A stretch of 64,000 nt of DNA from an uncultured Clostridia bacterium (GTDB lineage: Bacteria; Bacillota; Clostridia; TANB77; CAG-508). Location of the stretch: assembly GCA_934141555.1 (NCBI GenBank), contig CAKPCK010000001.1, positions 3,163 to 67,162 on the forward strand, in the 5' to 3' direction. Positions 40,089-50,565 of this stretch are shown in pieces. Below the pieces are notes generated by a model. That model saw nothing but the letters and a program-made list of their open reading frames with translations. It had not been told where the DNA came from and searched no databases. Positions within the stretch are counted from its first letter, which is position 1. Each line of letters opens with the position of its first letter. Both the position numbers and the translations under genes were made by a program.

Positions 40089-41018
40089 GTGAAAAATATA
40101 GGTAATTTAATTAATGCATTTTATGAACAAAATATTTTAGCATATATACAAAGTTTGCAAGAATATCCAATAAAATTTGTTTCATTAATATTAGATATAA
40201 CAATTGTTGTTTTTCTTGCATATGAATTGGTAAAAATCGTAAAAGGGTCTAGAGCATGGCAATTAATAAAAGGTATTGCATTTTTAGTTGTTGCAACAGG
40301 TGTAAGTAAATTATTAAATTTATATATATTAAATTATATATTATCAATGATAATGGACTGGGGAGTAATACTTGTTATAATTATTTTCCAACCTGAGATA
40401 AGAAGAGCATTAGAACAATTAGGAGGAAATAATAGATTTTCAAGATTTTTTGGGTTTGATAAAGATATAATCACTAGGACAAAAGAAGATATATATAAAA
40501 TAGTAATTGCAGCATTTGAACTTGCAAAAACACATACAGGAGCATTAATTGTAATAGAAAGAGATATAAAACTTAGTGATATTATTGCGACAGGAATTCC
40601 AATGAATTCAGAAGTATCTCCACAATTATTAGTAAATATATTTGTACCTAATACACCATTACATGATGGAGCAGTAGTTATTAGTGAAAATAAAATAGCG
40701 GCAGCAGCTTGTATGTTGCCACTTGCAAGTGATCAAGACATTGCTAAAGAATTAGGAACAAGACACAGAGCTGGTATTGGAATTTCGAAAGAATCTGATG
40801 CTCTTGCAATAATTGTTTCAGAGGAAACAGGAAAGGTATCTGTTGCAAAAGATGGAACATTAATTGCAGATGTAAGAGAAGACGTATTAAAAAAGATTTT
40901 GATAAACAATGTTGTTACAAAACGTTTTACAAATATTGAAGAAAAAAAGAATAATAGTAAAAAAATATTAAGTAATATTCAGAATTTATTTAAAAGCAAA
41001 AAGAAAAAAGAAAAATAA
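40089..41018 (+). CDS. cdaA: Diadenylate cyclase CdaA (DisA_N domain).
   Basis: Three N-terminal TMs, GALIVIER, HDGAVVI and GTRHRAGIG motifs. The GTG at 40089 lies 7 nt after AAAGGAG; the track's ATG at 40056 has no SD. Confidence 0.9.
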   Translation: MKNIGNLINAFYEQNILAYIQSLQEYPIKFVSLILDITIVVFLAYELVKIVKGSRAWQLIKGIAFLVVATGVSKLLNLYILNYILSMIMDWGVILVIIIFQPEIRRALEQLGGNNRFSRFFGFDKDIITRTKEDIYKIVIAAFELAKTHTGALIVIERDIKLSDIIATGIPMNSEVSPQLLVNIFVPNTPLHDGAVVISENKIAAAACMLPLASDQDIAKELGTRHRAGIGISKESDALAIIVSEETGKVSVAKDGTLIADVREDVLKKILINNVVTKRFTNIEEKKNNSKKILSNIQNLFKSKKKKEK

Positions 41019-41040
41019 GTGGCTTATTGCCACCTTTTCT
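41019..41040 (+). terminator. Weak Rho-independent terminator.
   Basis: gtggc-ttatt-gccac followed by cttttcttt. Confidence 0.45.
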
Positions 41041-41069
41041 TTGTCTCTTTGTTCTAAGAAGGGAAAAAA

Positions 41070-41807
41070 ATGAGAAACATTAAATTAACAATAGAATATG
41101 ATGGAAAAGACTTCAATGGATGGCAAAAACAACCTAATAAATTAAATATTCAAGGAACAATAGAACAAGCGATAAAAAGCATAACAGGTGAAGATATTGA
41201 ATTAAATGCATCTGGGAGAACAGATGCAGGAGTTCATGCTCTTGGACAAGTGGCAAATTTTAAGACAAATTCACAAATCCCAATTGAAAAATTTGCTATA
41301 GCAATAAATTCAAGATTAAAAAAATCTATAGTAATAAAAAAAGCAGAAGAAGTTGACGAAAGATTTCATAGTAGACTAAATTGTAAAAGAAAGACATATA
41401 GATATATAATAAATAATTCACCAGAGGGAACAGCTATATATAGATATTTGGAAACACATATTCCACAAAAATTAAATGTAGAAAAAATGAAAGAAGCAGT
41501 TAAATATTTTATAGGTGAACATGATTTTAAAGCATTTAAAGCAAGTGGAACAAGTAGTAAAAGTAGTGTTAGGACAATATATGATGCAAAAGTATATCAA
41601 AATGGAGATAAAATTTATATTGAATTAACAGGAAATGGATTTTTATATAATATGGTTAGAATTATTGCTGGAACACTTGTAGAAGTAGGCTTAGAGAAGA
41701 TAGAACCTAAAAAAATAGAAGAAATAATAAAAGAAGGAAGAAGAGAAATGGCAGGGAAAACACTTCCTCCAAATGGTTTATATTTAGTTGATGTAAAATA
41801 TGAGTAA
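41070..41807 (+). CDS. truA: tRNA pseudouridine(38-40) synthase.
   Basis: IEYDGKDFNGWQKQ, GRTDAGVHA and FLYNMVR motifs. Confidence 0.95.
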   Translation: MRNIKLTIEYDGKDFNGWQKQPNKLNIQGTIEQAIKSITGEDIELNASGRTDAGVHALGQVANFKTNSQIPIEKFAIAINSRLKKSIVIKKAEEVDERFHSRLNCKRKTYRYIINNSPEGTAIYRYLETHIPQKLNVEKMKEAVKYFIGEHDFKAFKASGTSSKSSVRTIYDAKVYQNGDKIYIELTGNGFLYNMVRIIAGTLVEVGLEKIEPKKIEEIIKEGRREMAGKTLPPNGLYLVDVKYE

Positions 41808-41865
41808 CAAGTAAAAAAAAAATTCATAAGATATATAAATAATATTTATAAAAAGGGAGGTCTTT

Positions 41866-42312
41866 ATGAATTTCTTTTTGATTTTTGCCCTTATATTTTT
41901 TACAATAATAGTCGCAATATTTCTTCAAAAATTAGTAAATTGTCCACTATTAATTGGATTATTATTTTTCTCGGTATTTATATTAGTTGCGGCAATTACA
42001 GGAAATACTAACTTTATTATAGTTGCAGTAGTTTTAGGAATAATAGCTTTTATATCTGCATTTCTATTTTGCATAATATCAAGATGCAATTTCTTTGATA
42101 ATTGTAATTGCAATAATAGTAATAATGATGTTAGTGTTACAAGTGCAAATATAAATACTAATAGTAATAATTGCACATGTTCATCATCACAACCTTTAAC
42201 AATTTTAAATAGTGATGGAGAAATTGTAGCAAGAATAAATGGAGATAATATTACATGTACATCTCAGCAAAATGATAATAATTCTTGTGTTAGAAGTTAT
42301 AGACATAAGTAA
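41866..42312 (+). CDS. Hypothetical membrane protein with a Cys/Asn-rich tail.
   Basis: Three predicted TMs, then CNFFDNCNCNNSNN...NNCTCSS...ITCTSQQNDNNSC. Strong SD (AGGGAGG). Confidence 0.5.
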   Translation: MNFFLIFALIFFTIIVAIFLQKLVNCPLLIGLLFFSVFILVAAITGNTNFIIVAVVLGIIAFISAFLFCIISRCNFFDNCNCNNSNNDVSVTSANINTNSNNCTCSSSQPLTILNSDGEIVARINGDNITCTSQQNDNNSCVRSYRHK

Positions 42313-42483
42313 TAAAAATCAATATTAATAAGTTTTTTCTTATTAATGTTGATTTTTTTGTTCTATTAAGATTGTTATAATTTTCTATTTTTTACAATAA
42401 AAAATAATAATAATATCTTGATATTTTCACATTCATAGAGTAAAATATATACTAGCAAAAAACAAAGAATAATGGAGGTTTAC

Positions 42484-43215
42484 ATGGAAAACAAATTAAA
42501 TAGTATAGCAAAAGTACACTCAATAGAAAGTTTTGGAACAGTTGATGGACCAGGAATAAGATTTGTATTGTTTTTACAAGGTTGTAGTTTAAAATGTAAA
42601 TACTGTCATAATAGAGACACATGGGACATGACACTAGGAGAAGAAAAAACATTAGAAGAAATAGTAGAAAAAGTAAAAAGATATAAAACATATATGACTT
42701 TATCTGGAGGAGGGGTAACAGTTACAGGAGGAGAACCATTATTACAAGTAAAGTTTTTAATAGAATTTTTCAAAAAACTAAAAGAAGAAAATATAAATAC
42801 TTGTATAGATACATCTGGAATGTTTAATATTACAGATGATATTAAAGAAGTATTAAAATATACAGACTTAGTATTATTAGATATAAAACATATAGATGAT
42901 GAAAAATGTAAGGAATTAGTTGGTTCTTCAAATAAGAAAGAATTAGAATTTGCGAAATATTTAAGTGAAAATGGAAAGAAAATGTGGATTAGACAAGTAT
43001 TAGTGCCTGGGTATACAGATGATGAAAAAGATTTACTAAGATTGAAAGATTTTTTGTCAACATTAAAAACAGTAGAAAAAGTTCAAATTTTAAAGTATCA
43101 TAGTATGGGAAAATACAAATGGGAAAAACTTGGATTAAAATATGAACTAGAAGGTGTAAGAGATGCAACAATAGAAGATGAAGAAAGAGCAAAAAAAATA
43201 TTAGGAATTCAATAA
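42484..43215 (+). CDS. pflA: Glycyl-radical enzyme activating protein (pyruvate formate-lyase activase type).
   Basis: ESFGTVDGPGIRFVLFLQGCSLKCKYCHN radical-SAM motif. ATG at 42484 lies 5 nt after GGAGG. Confidence 0.85.
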   Translation: MENKLNSIAKVHSIESFGTVDGPGIRFVLFLQGCSLKCKYCHNRDTWDMTLGEEKTLEEIVEKVKRYKTYMTLSGGGVTVTGGEPLLQVKFLIEFFKKLKEENINTCIDTSGMFNITDDIKEVLKYTDLVLLDIKHIDDEKCKELVGSSNKKELEFAKYLSENGKKMWIRQVLVPGYTDDEKDLLRLKDFLSTLKTVEKVQILKYHSMGKYKWEKLGLKYELEGVRDATIEDEERAKKILGIQ

Positions 43216-43245
43216 AAATATATTTGAATGTGAGGAATAGATAAT

Positions 43246-44040
43246 ATGCCATCAAGTAAAAAAAGTGGTAGTTTTAATAAACAAAGAGAGATAGAAAAAA
43301 AGAGACGCAAAAACAGAAAAAAAAGATTAATAATTTTTATATTATTAGCAATAATTCTTGGAACTATTTTATATTTTTTAAATTCTCCAACATTTAAAAT
43401 AAAAAATGTAGAAGTTACTGGAAATGCACAATTAGATAGTGAAAAAATTATAGAACAATCAGAAATAAAAATTGGAGAAAGTATATTTGCTAATTTTAAT
43501 ATAATAACAAAAGTAAAAGTAAAACAAAATAGATATATTGAAGATGCAGTTGTTAGTAAGAAAATGCCAGACACAATAAAAATAGAAGTTAAAGAAAGAA
43601 TAGCAAGTTTTCAAGTAAAAACAGAAAGTGGATATTATATATATATTGATGACCAAGGATATATAATAGAATATTCACAAGAACCAAGAGAATTAATAAC
43701 AATAGCTGGAATGGATATAACAGAAGAAAATATAGAAAATAAAAAAAGACTAGAAGATGATGATCTTAATATAAAATTAGAAAATATATTACATATAAAA
43801 GAACAAGCAATAGAAAAGGGAATATATGATAAAATTTCTGAGATGCAAGTAGAAAATGAATATATATTAAAATTAGATAGTCTAAATTTAACTATTAATT
43901 TAGGAAATGCAACAAATATAAAAGATAGAATGGATTATGTTAAATCTATTATTGAAAGAGAAAATGGAAAATCAGGAATAATAAATGTTAATGGAAATTT
44001 GAATGAAGGGTTTGAACCATATTTTACAGAAAATCAATAA
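43246..44040 (+). CDS. ftsQ: Cell division protein FtsQ/DivIB (POTRA domain).
   Basis: Basic N-terminus, one TM, IKNVEVTGN POTRA start, PDTIKIEVKER. Its position heads the ftsA-ftsZ cluster. Confidence 0.8.
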   Translation: MPSSKKSGSFNKQREIEKKRRKNRKKRLIIFILLAIILGTILYFLNSPTFKIKNVEVTGNAQLDSEKIIEQSEIKIGESIFANFNIITKVKVKQNRYIEDAVVSKKMPDTIKIEVKERIASFQVKTESGYYIYIDDQGYIIEYSQEPRELITIAGMDITEENIENKKRLEDDDLNIKLENILHIKEQAIEKGIYDKISEMQVENEYILKLDSLNLTINLGNATNIKDRMDYVKSIIERENGKSGIINVNGNLNEGFEPYFTENQ

Positions 44041-44055
44041 TTTTAGAGAGGAAGA

Positions 44056-44778
44056 ATGCACATGAATAAGAAAATGAAAATTAGTTTAATATTAGGTGGA
44101 ATGTGTGTAGCATTATCTTGTGGAATTGCAATACAAGTTAGAACAATATCAAAAATTGGGACAACTACAAGCAGAAATTCAACTGAAAATGAATTAAGAG
44201 ATGCAATATTAAGAACAAAAGAAAATTATGATAATCTGTATGCAGATGAAGAAAAAGCAGAAAAATTATTAGAGAATGAAAGAAAAAGTGCAACAGAAAA
44301 TAATAGTGAATTAACAGAAATACAAGAAAATATAAAAAAATTAAGCACACAATTAGGATTAACAGATGTTACTGGAAAAGGAGTAATAATAAAAGTAGAT
44401 GATGCAGTTGTACAATCAACATTTGACCCTAATTCTACAATAGTGCATGATACAGATCTTATTAGTATAGTAAATGAATTGAAAAATGCAGGGGCAGAAG
44501 CAATATCAATTAATGATCAGAGAATTGTATCAAATACAGTTATAGAATGTATAGGAACAGTTATTAAAATTAATGGACAAAGAGTAGGTGCACCATTTAC
44601 AATAAGGGCTATAGGAATGCCTGAATTGTTAAAAAATACATATAGAAATGGTGGATATTTAAAAGTATTAGAAGGAGATAGAATTCAGGTAGATTTTAAA
44701 ACATCTGATAATATAACAATTCCAAAGTATACTGGAACATATAAATTTGAATATGCGCAAACAATAAATAACAAATAA
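44056..44778 (+). CDS. DUF881 protein (YlxW-like).
   Basis: TM, coiled coil, TDV.G.GV.I...D and AGAEAISINDQRI. Position matches B. subtilis divIB-ylxW-ylxX-sbp. Confidence 0.75.
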   Translation: MHMNKKMKISLILGGMCVALSCGIAIQVRTISKIGTTTSRNSTENELRDAILRTKENYDNLYADEEKAEKLLENERKSATENNSELTEIQENIKKLSTQLGLTDVTGKGVIIKVDDAVVQSTFDPNSTIVHDTDLISIVNELKNAGAEAISINDQRIVSNTVIECIGTVIKINGQRVGAPFTIRAIGMPELLKNTYRNGGYLKVLEGDRIQVDFKTSDNITIPKYTGTYKFEYAQTINNK

Positions 44779-44803
44779 AAAATTAAGGAAAAGAGAAATT
44801 AAT

Positions 44804-45562
44804 ATGAAAAAAATTAATCTAAGTAGAGAGAAAATCGTTATGGCAATAACGATAGGAATTGCATGTTTAGCTTTAATGTTAGTAATGTTTATGCAATTTA
44901 AAGTTGTTAAACAAACAGATATAACATCAATAGAAAGTATGAGAGAAGAAGAATTAAGAACAGAACTTTCTGATTACAGAAAAAAATATTCTGAGATACA
45001 AGAAAAATATGAAGAAACAATGAATAAACTAACAGAATATCAGACAGAAAAAGAATCTGATGAAAAGACAGCAAAATTATTACAAAATGAATTAGATGAA
45101 TTAAATACTTACCTTGGTATGACAGATGTTCAAGGAGAAGGGATAACAATAATATTAACAGATAATGGTGGAAAAGAATTAAAGAATTCTGATGAAAAAA
45201 TAGTTTCAATTTCAAGTTTAGACTTATTAAGAGTTATTAGAGATTTATTAGCAGCAGGAGCAGAAGCTATTTCTATAAATGATCAAAGAATTATAGGAAA
45301 TAGTGATATATTTTTAATAGGATCAAGTAGTACACCATTTGTACAGGTAAATGGTCAAAGAATAACATCACCATATGTAATAAAAGCTATAGGAAATAAA
45401 TCATATCTTGAAAGTGCAGTAAGCATAAATTCAAGTATGTTACAAGCATTAAAAGAAGAAGGACATGACGTTGAAATTCAAACATCAGGATATAATAGAC
45501 CAGTTGTAATAAAAGCATATACAGGGACTATTGATACAAAATATATAAAAGACAAAGAATAA
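44804..45562 (+). CDS. DUF881 protein (YlxX-like).
   Basis: Paralog of the preceding gene, with the same AGAEAISINDQRI motif. Confidence 0.75.
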   Translation: MKKINLSREKIVMAITIGIACLALMLVMFMQFKVVKQTDITSIESMREEELRTELSDYRKKYSEIQEKYEETMNKLTEYQTEKESDEKTAKLLQNELDELNTYLGMTDVQGEGITIILTDNGGKELKNSDEKIVSISSLDLLRVIRDLLAAGAEAISINDQRIIGNSDIFLIGSSSTPFVQVNGQRITSPYVIKAIGNKSYLESAVSINSSMLQALKEEGHDVEIQTSGYNRPVVIKAYTGTIDTKYIKDKE

Positions 45563-45581
45563 TTAGAAAGGAAAATGTAAA

Positions 45582-45959
45582 ATGATAGTAATAGCAATTA
45601 TTTTAGGATGTATTATAGGAGCTCTTATAGGAATAAATGCTCCTATGATACCATATACATATTCAACATTTTTAGCAATAGCTGTTGTAGCAGCATTAGA
45701 CTCTGTTTTTGGAGGAATAACATCTGTTTTGAAGAAAAATTTTGATTTAACAATTTTTATTTCAGGATTTTTCTGTAATAGTATATTATCAATAGCACTA
45801 ACATATTTAGGACAAAAATTAAATATAGATATATATTTAGCAGCATTAGTAGTATTTGTTGGAAGAATGTTCACAAATTTAACAATAATTAGAAGATATT
45901 ATATAGATTTATGGAGAGAAAAGGCAAGAAATAAAGCAGTAAAAAATAGTGAAAAATAA
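45582..45959 (+). CDS. sbp: Small basic protein Sbp (DUF1290).
   Basis: Collinear with B. subtilis Sbp (LAIAVVAALDSVFGGI...SGFFCN.ILSIAL..LG...IRR). Confidence 0.85.
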   Translation: MIVIAIILGCIIGALIGINAPMIPYTYSTFLAIAVVAALDSVFGGITSVLKKNFDLTIFISGFFCNSILSIALTYLGQKLNIDIYLAALVVFVGRMFTNLTIIRRYYIDLWREKARNKAVKNSEK

Positions 45960-46129
45960 AGCACAAAATATATTACAAACATATTACATGAATATCAAAA
46001 TTATTACAAAAATATTTCAAAAATGTTTCAATTTATATTGACTTTTTTATGAAAATGTAATATATATAACAAAGAAGAAAACAATCTATATAATATAGAA
46101 ATTTAAACAAAATAAATGGAGGAATCATT

Positions 46130-47359
46130 TTGGCAATAGGTGATATCATAGTTGGTATTGATATAGGTACATCTAAGGTTTGCACAGTTGTTGGAGAGGT
46201 AAATAACTTTGGACAAATCGAAACACTATGTAGCACATCTTGTAAATGTAATGGTATAAAAAAGGGCAAAATTATTAATGAAGAAGAAGTTAGTTTAAGT
46301 GTTGCAAAAACTATAAAAGATGCTGAGGAAGAAGCGGAATTTAAAATAAACTCAGCATATGTAACAATTCCAGGAAAAGAAGTTACAATAGTTCAAAATA
46401 GCATTGTAAAAGAATTAAAAGATAAATTTGCTGGTATATCATTAAAAGATGTTCAGAGTGCAATTGTGCAAGCTAAAGATATTGAAATACCAGAAGGGAA
46501 AACAATAATAGATATAGTACCATCAGAAGTAATACTTGATAACGGAAAAATTGTCGCAGACCCAGTTGGCAATTTAAGCTCAAATTTTACACTAAAAGCA
46601 CAAGTTATCTTAGCAAATAAAGATTATGTAAGACAATTAACGTCAATCTTTAAAAGAGTTGGAATTGAAGTAGATGGAATAGTTCCAACAGCTTTAGCAG
46701 AAAAAAATTTAATGTTAGATACTAATGAATTATATGATAATGTAATGTTACTTGATATTGGAGCAGGAAATACGGAAATTGGTGTATTTGAGGGAAACAA
46801 TTTCACTTATACAAATACAATTCCTTTAGGAGGAGATAATATTACAAATGATATATCATTAGTATTAAATATTTCAGAAGAAGAAGCAGAAAAACTAAAA
46901 AAACAATATGGACTTGCTTTAAAATCATTTATAGATAATGATAATGAAATAATGTTAAATACTTGTAGAGATGAGAATAGAAATAAGATAATAAAAAGTT
47001 CAGAATTAATAGAAATAATTGAAGCAAGAATTGAAGAAATATTTACATTAATAAATAAAGATATTACAAACAATAATGTAAAGCAAAATATAAATACTGT
47101 TATATTAACTGGAAGAGGAATTACTACAATTAACAAAAGTGATGTCGCAGGAAAGATAAATTTAAATATACCTGTAAAAATGTCAACAGGAAGGCTAATA
47201 AGTACAATAAAACCAGAATTTAGAACTAGTTATGCACTTGTTAGATATATTGCTGCAAGACCTTATGTTAAATCTGTATCAAGCAGTATAGATAGACAGC
47301 CAAATGAAAGCATATTTAGAACAATAATAGATAGAGTAAAAGAGTTCTTTTATTCTTAA
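46130..47359 (+). CDS. ftsA: Cell division protein FtsA.
   Basis: IVGIDIGTSKV actin-fold phosphate-1 motif and DIGAGNT. TTG start lies 7 nt after GGAGG. Confidence 0.9.
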   Translation: MAIGDIIVGIDIGTSKVCTVVGEVNNFGQIETLCSTSCKCNGIKKGKIINEEEVSLSVAKTIKDAEEEAEFKINSAYVTIPGKEVTIVQNSIVKELKDKFAGISLKDVQSAIVQAKDIEIPEGKTIIDIVPSEVILDNGKIVADPVGNLSSNFTLKAQVILANKDYVRQLTSIFKRVGIEVDGIVPTALAEKNLMLDTNELYDNVMLLDIGAGNTEIGVFEGNNFTYTNTIPLGGDNITNDISLVLNISEEEAEKLKKQYGLALKSFIDNDNEIMLNTCRDENRNKIIKSSELIEIIEARIEEIFTLINKDITNNNVKQNINTVILTGRGITTINKSDVAGKINLNIPVKMSTGRLISTIKPEFRTSYALVRYIAARPYVKSVSSSIDRQPNESIFRTIIDRVKEFFYS

Positions 47360-47397
47360 ATAAAAAAATATTTTAGTTTTATGGGGAGGAAAACTTA

Positions 47398-48507
47398 ATG
47401 AAAGAGTATGAAGAAGAAACAATGATGGATGGTGCTGCAACAATAAAAGTAATAGGTGTTGGTGGCGCTGGAAACAATGCAGTAAATAGAATGATTGAAG
47501 CGGGAATAAAAGGAGTAGACTTTATCGCAGTTAATACAGATAGACAAGCATTACAAAAGTCAAAAGCAAGTGCTAAAATTCAAATAGGAGAAAAGATAAC
47601 AAGAGGTTTAGGAGCTGGTGCAAATCCAGATATAGGAGCACAATCAGCAGAAGAAAATAAATCAGAAATTGCAGAAACTTTACGCGGAGCAGATATGGTA
47701 TTTGTTACAGCCGGAATGGGTGGTGGAACAGGTACAGGTGCTGCACCAATAGTTGCACAATCAGCAAAAGAAATGGGAATATTAACAATAGGTGTTGTAA
47801 CAAAACCATTTACATTTGAAGGAAAGAAAAGACTTTCACAAGCTGAACGCGGAATAGAAAGTTTAAAAGGTAAAGTAGATGCCTTAGTAGTAATACCAAA
47901 TGATAAATTATTACAAATAATAGATAGAAAAACATCAATAAATGATGCATTTAGAATGGCAGATGATGTATTAAGACAAGGTGTACAAGGTATATCAGAC
48001 TTAATAGCTGTTACAGGAACAGTAAACTTAGACTTTGCAGATGTTAAAACAATAATGAAAGATACAGGAATGGCACATATGGGAATTGGTAGAGCATCTG
48101 GAGAAAATAGAGCAGAAGATGCAGCAAAACAAGCAGTACAAAGTCCATTACTTGAAACATCAATAGAAGGAGCAAGAGGAGTAATCATAAATATCACAGG
48201 TGGAGAAGATTTAGGATTACATGAAGTTAATACAGCTGCTGAACTTGTTCAACGCAGTGTAGATCCTGAAGCAAATATTATATTTGGTACAGTTACAGAT
48301 CCAAATATGGGAGAAGATATTCAAATTACAGTTATTGCAACAGGATTTGAGAAACCAGAAGCAAGAGTTGCTTCAAGTGTAGATAGTTTTGTAAATAAAC
48401 AATGGGATAAGAAAATAAATTCAATTCCAACATCTACAGATAATTCTAATTCAGGTGATTTAGATATTCCAGCATTTTTACGTAAAAATAAAGGAAAAAA
48501 TATGTAA
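47398..48507 (+). CDS. ftsZ: Cell division protein FtsZ.
   Basis: [10 protein letters not shown], the [10 protein letters not shown] tubulin signature, and the C-terminal DIPAFLRK peptide. Confidence 0.98.
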   Translation: MKEYEEETMMDGAATIKVIGVGGAGNNAVNRMIEAGIKGVDFIAVNTDRQALQKSKASAKIQIGEKITRGLGAGANPDIGAQSAEENKSEIAETLRGADMVFVTAGMGGGTGTGAAPIVAQSAKEMGILTIGVVTKPFTFEGKKRLSQAERGIESLKGKVDALVVIPNDKLLQIIDRKTSINDAFRMADDVLRQGVQGISDLIAVTGTVNLDFADVKTIMKDTGMAHMGIGRASGENRAEDAAKQAVQSPLLETSIEGARGVIINITGGEDLGLHEVNTAAELVQRSVDPEANIIFGTVTDPNMGEDIQITVIATGFEKPEARVASSVDSFVNKQWDKKINSIPTSTDNSNSGDLDIPAFLRKNKGKNM

Positions 48508-48660
48508 TAAGAGAATTCATGTACTAGAAATAGTATATGAATTTTTTCTTTTGAATAAAAATCTATGAAATTTATGTCTGGAATTATATAATGACAAATT
48601 TTTTGTTTTTAATATAGTATAATTAATATTTGAAAAAATATATTATATTTGGAGGCTATT

Positions 48661-49548
48661 ATGACAATATATATTGATATAATATTTATTGAAAACATAA
48701 TAATGAATGCAATTATTTTATATGCAACATCAATTATATTAAAACAAAAAATAAAAATTATTAGATTAATAATATCATCAACAATTGGCTCAATTTATTC
48801 AATAGTAATGTATATAACCAAATTGACTATGTATTCATCAATAATATCAAAATTTATATTATCAGTAGTAATGGTTTATGTGGCATTTAAACCTAATGAT
48901 TTTAAAAAAATGTTTAAACAGATTATAATTTTTTATTTAACATCATTTGTATTTGGTGGTGTAGCATTAAACTTAATATATTTTTTAAGACCAGAAAATA
49001 TAAGTATAAAAAATGGATTATTTACAGGAGAATATGCATTAAAAGTAATAATGTTAGGAGCTATTATGGCATTTATAATAATAAAAATATCAATTAAAAT
49101 AATAAAAACAAAATTTAATACAAAAGATATGTATTGTGATATAAAGTTGAAAATAAATGAAAAACAAATAGAAACAAAAGCAATGATAGATACAGGAAAT
49201 CTTGTAAAAGAACCAATTACTAATACACCAGTTGTAATAGTTGAAGGATCCTTACTAGAAGGAATTATTCCAAAAGAAATATTAAGAAACTTAGAAAATA
49301 TTTTATGTGGAAACTTAGAAAATTTACCACAAGAGATACAAGACAAATATTTGCCTAAATTAAGATGTATACCGTTTTCATCATTAGGAAAAGAAAATGG
49401 AATGTTAGTTGGAATAAAAATATCTGAGATTGTAGTGAAAAGCGAAGATGAGGAGAAAAAAACTTCTAATATTATAATTGGTATATATGAAAGAAGTTTG
49501 ACGAAAAGAGGCGAATATAGAGCATTAGTTGGTGTAGATTTATTATAG
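48661..49548 (+). CDS. spoIIGA: Sigma-E processing peptidase SpoIIGA.
   Basis: Multi-TM N-terminal half and the IDTGN aspartic-protease motif. Lies immediately upstream of sigE. ATG at 48661 lies 5 nt after GGAGG. Confidence 0.85.
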   Translation: MTIYIDIIFIENIIMNAIILYATSIILKQKIKIIRLIISSTIGSIYSIVMYITKLTMYSSIISKFILSVVMVYVAFKPNDFKKMFKQIIIFYLTSFVFGGVALNLIYFLRPENISIKNGLFTGEYALKVIMLGAIMAFIIIKISIKIIKTKFNTKDMYCDIKLKINEKQIETKAMIDTGNLVKEPITNTPVVIVEGSLLEGIIPKEILRNLENILCGNLENLPQEIQDKYLPKLRCIPFSSLGKENGMLVGIKISEIVVKSEDEEKKTSNIIIGIYERSLTKRGEYRALVGVDLL

Positions 49549-49730
49549 ATAATAAAAATACTTAAAATAATTAGAAGAAAAGTAAATAAATAAAAGAGAA
49601 ATAATCGAACAATAGCGATTATTTCTTTTTTTCTACAATAAGAAAAGACAGCTTTTTTATTATTAGAGTTGTACAATAAAAATCAAGAAGAGAGGTGAGG
49701 AATTAAAAGAATAAAGGAAAGGAAATTTAA

Positions 49731-50468
49731 ATGAATTTTTTAGAGATTATTAAAAATAGTATAAATAATTTATGTGCAAAATATATAGAAAGAAATTTAA
49801 ATGATGAAATATTGCCGATATTTTATGTTGCAGGAAGTCAAACATTGCCAGCACCATTAGACCCAAAAGAAGAGGAAGAGATGATAAAAAAATTAGAAAC
49901 AGATGAAAGAGAATATGCCAGAAAAACATTAGTTGAAAGAAATCTAAGACTTGTTGTATATATAGCCAAAAAGTTTGAAAATACAGGAATTGGAATAGAA
50001 GACTTAGTGTCAATTGGAACAATAGGCTTAATGAAAAGTGTAAATACATTTAATTCAGAGAAAAAAATAAAATTAGCGACATATGCATCAAGATGTATTG
50101 AAAATGAAATATTAATGTATTTAAGAAGAAATAATAAAATAAAAACAGAAGTATCTATTGATGAACCATTAAATAAAGATAGTGATGGAAATGAACTTTT
50201 ATTATCAGATATATTAGGAACAGATCCAGATATTACATATAGAAATTTAGAAGATGAAGTAGATATGAAACTTTTAAAAGAAGCAATTAGAAAATTAAAT
50301 TCTAGAGAAAAAAATATAATGGAAATGAGATTTGGATTTATTAGTGGAAGAGAAAAAACACAAAAAGAAGTTGCTGATGAATTAGGAATTTCACAAAGTT
50401 ACATATCAAGATTAGAGAAAAAAATAATAGGAAAAATGAGAAAAGATATAATGAGTAAAACAGGATAG
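49731..50468 (+). CDS. sigE: Sporulation sigma factor SigE (pro-sigma-E).
   Basis: Pro-sequence followed by [12 protein letters not shown], regions 2-4 ([12 protein letters not shown]; [13 protein letters not shown]), and spoIIGA adjacency. Confidence 0.9.
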   Translation: MNFLEIIKNSINNLCAKYIERNLNDEILPIFYVAGSQTLPAPLDPKEEEEMIKKLETDEREYARKTLVERNLRLVVYIAKKFENTGIGIEDLVSIGTIGLMKSVNTFNSEKKIKLATYASRCIENEILMYLRRNNKIKTEVSIDEPLNKDSDGNELLLSDILGTDPDITYRNLEDEVDMKLLKEAIRKLNSREKNIMEMRFGFISGREKTQKEVADELGISQSYISRLEKKIIGKMRKDIMSKTG

Positions 50469-50565
50469 ATTACATAAATATATGATAAATAGTAGACTTA
50501 TCCAAAAGAAAATGCTATAATAATATGGTCAAGATTAATACTTGAAATAGAAAGGATATTATTAT

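Noticed and set aside
47580-48197. 205-aa ORF antisense to ftsZ.
   Set aside because: It lies entirely within the unmistakable ftsZ coding sequence on the opposite strand. The product is low-complexity and there is no SD.
48933-49676. 247-aa ORF antisense to spoIIGA.
   Set aside because: It overlaps the spoIIGA coding region, and the sense gene has the conserved IDTGN motif and sigE adjacency. It is probably a chance open frame in AT-rich sequence.
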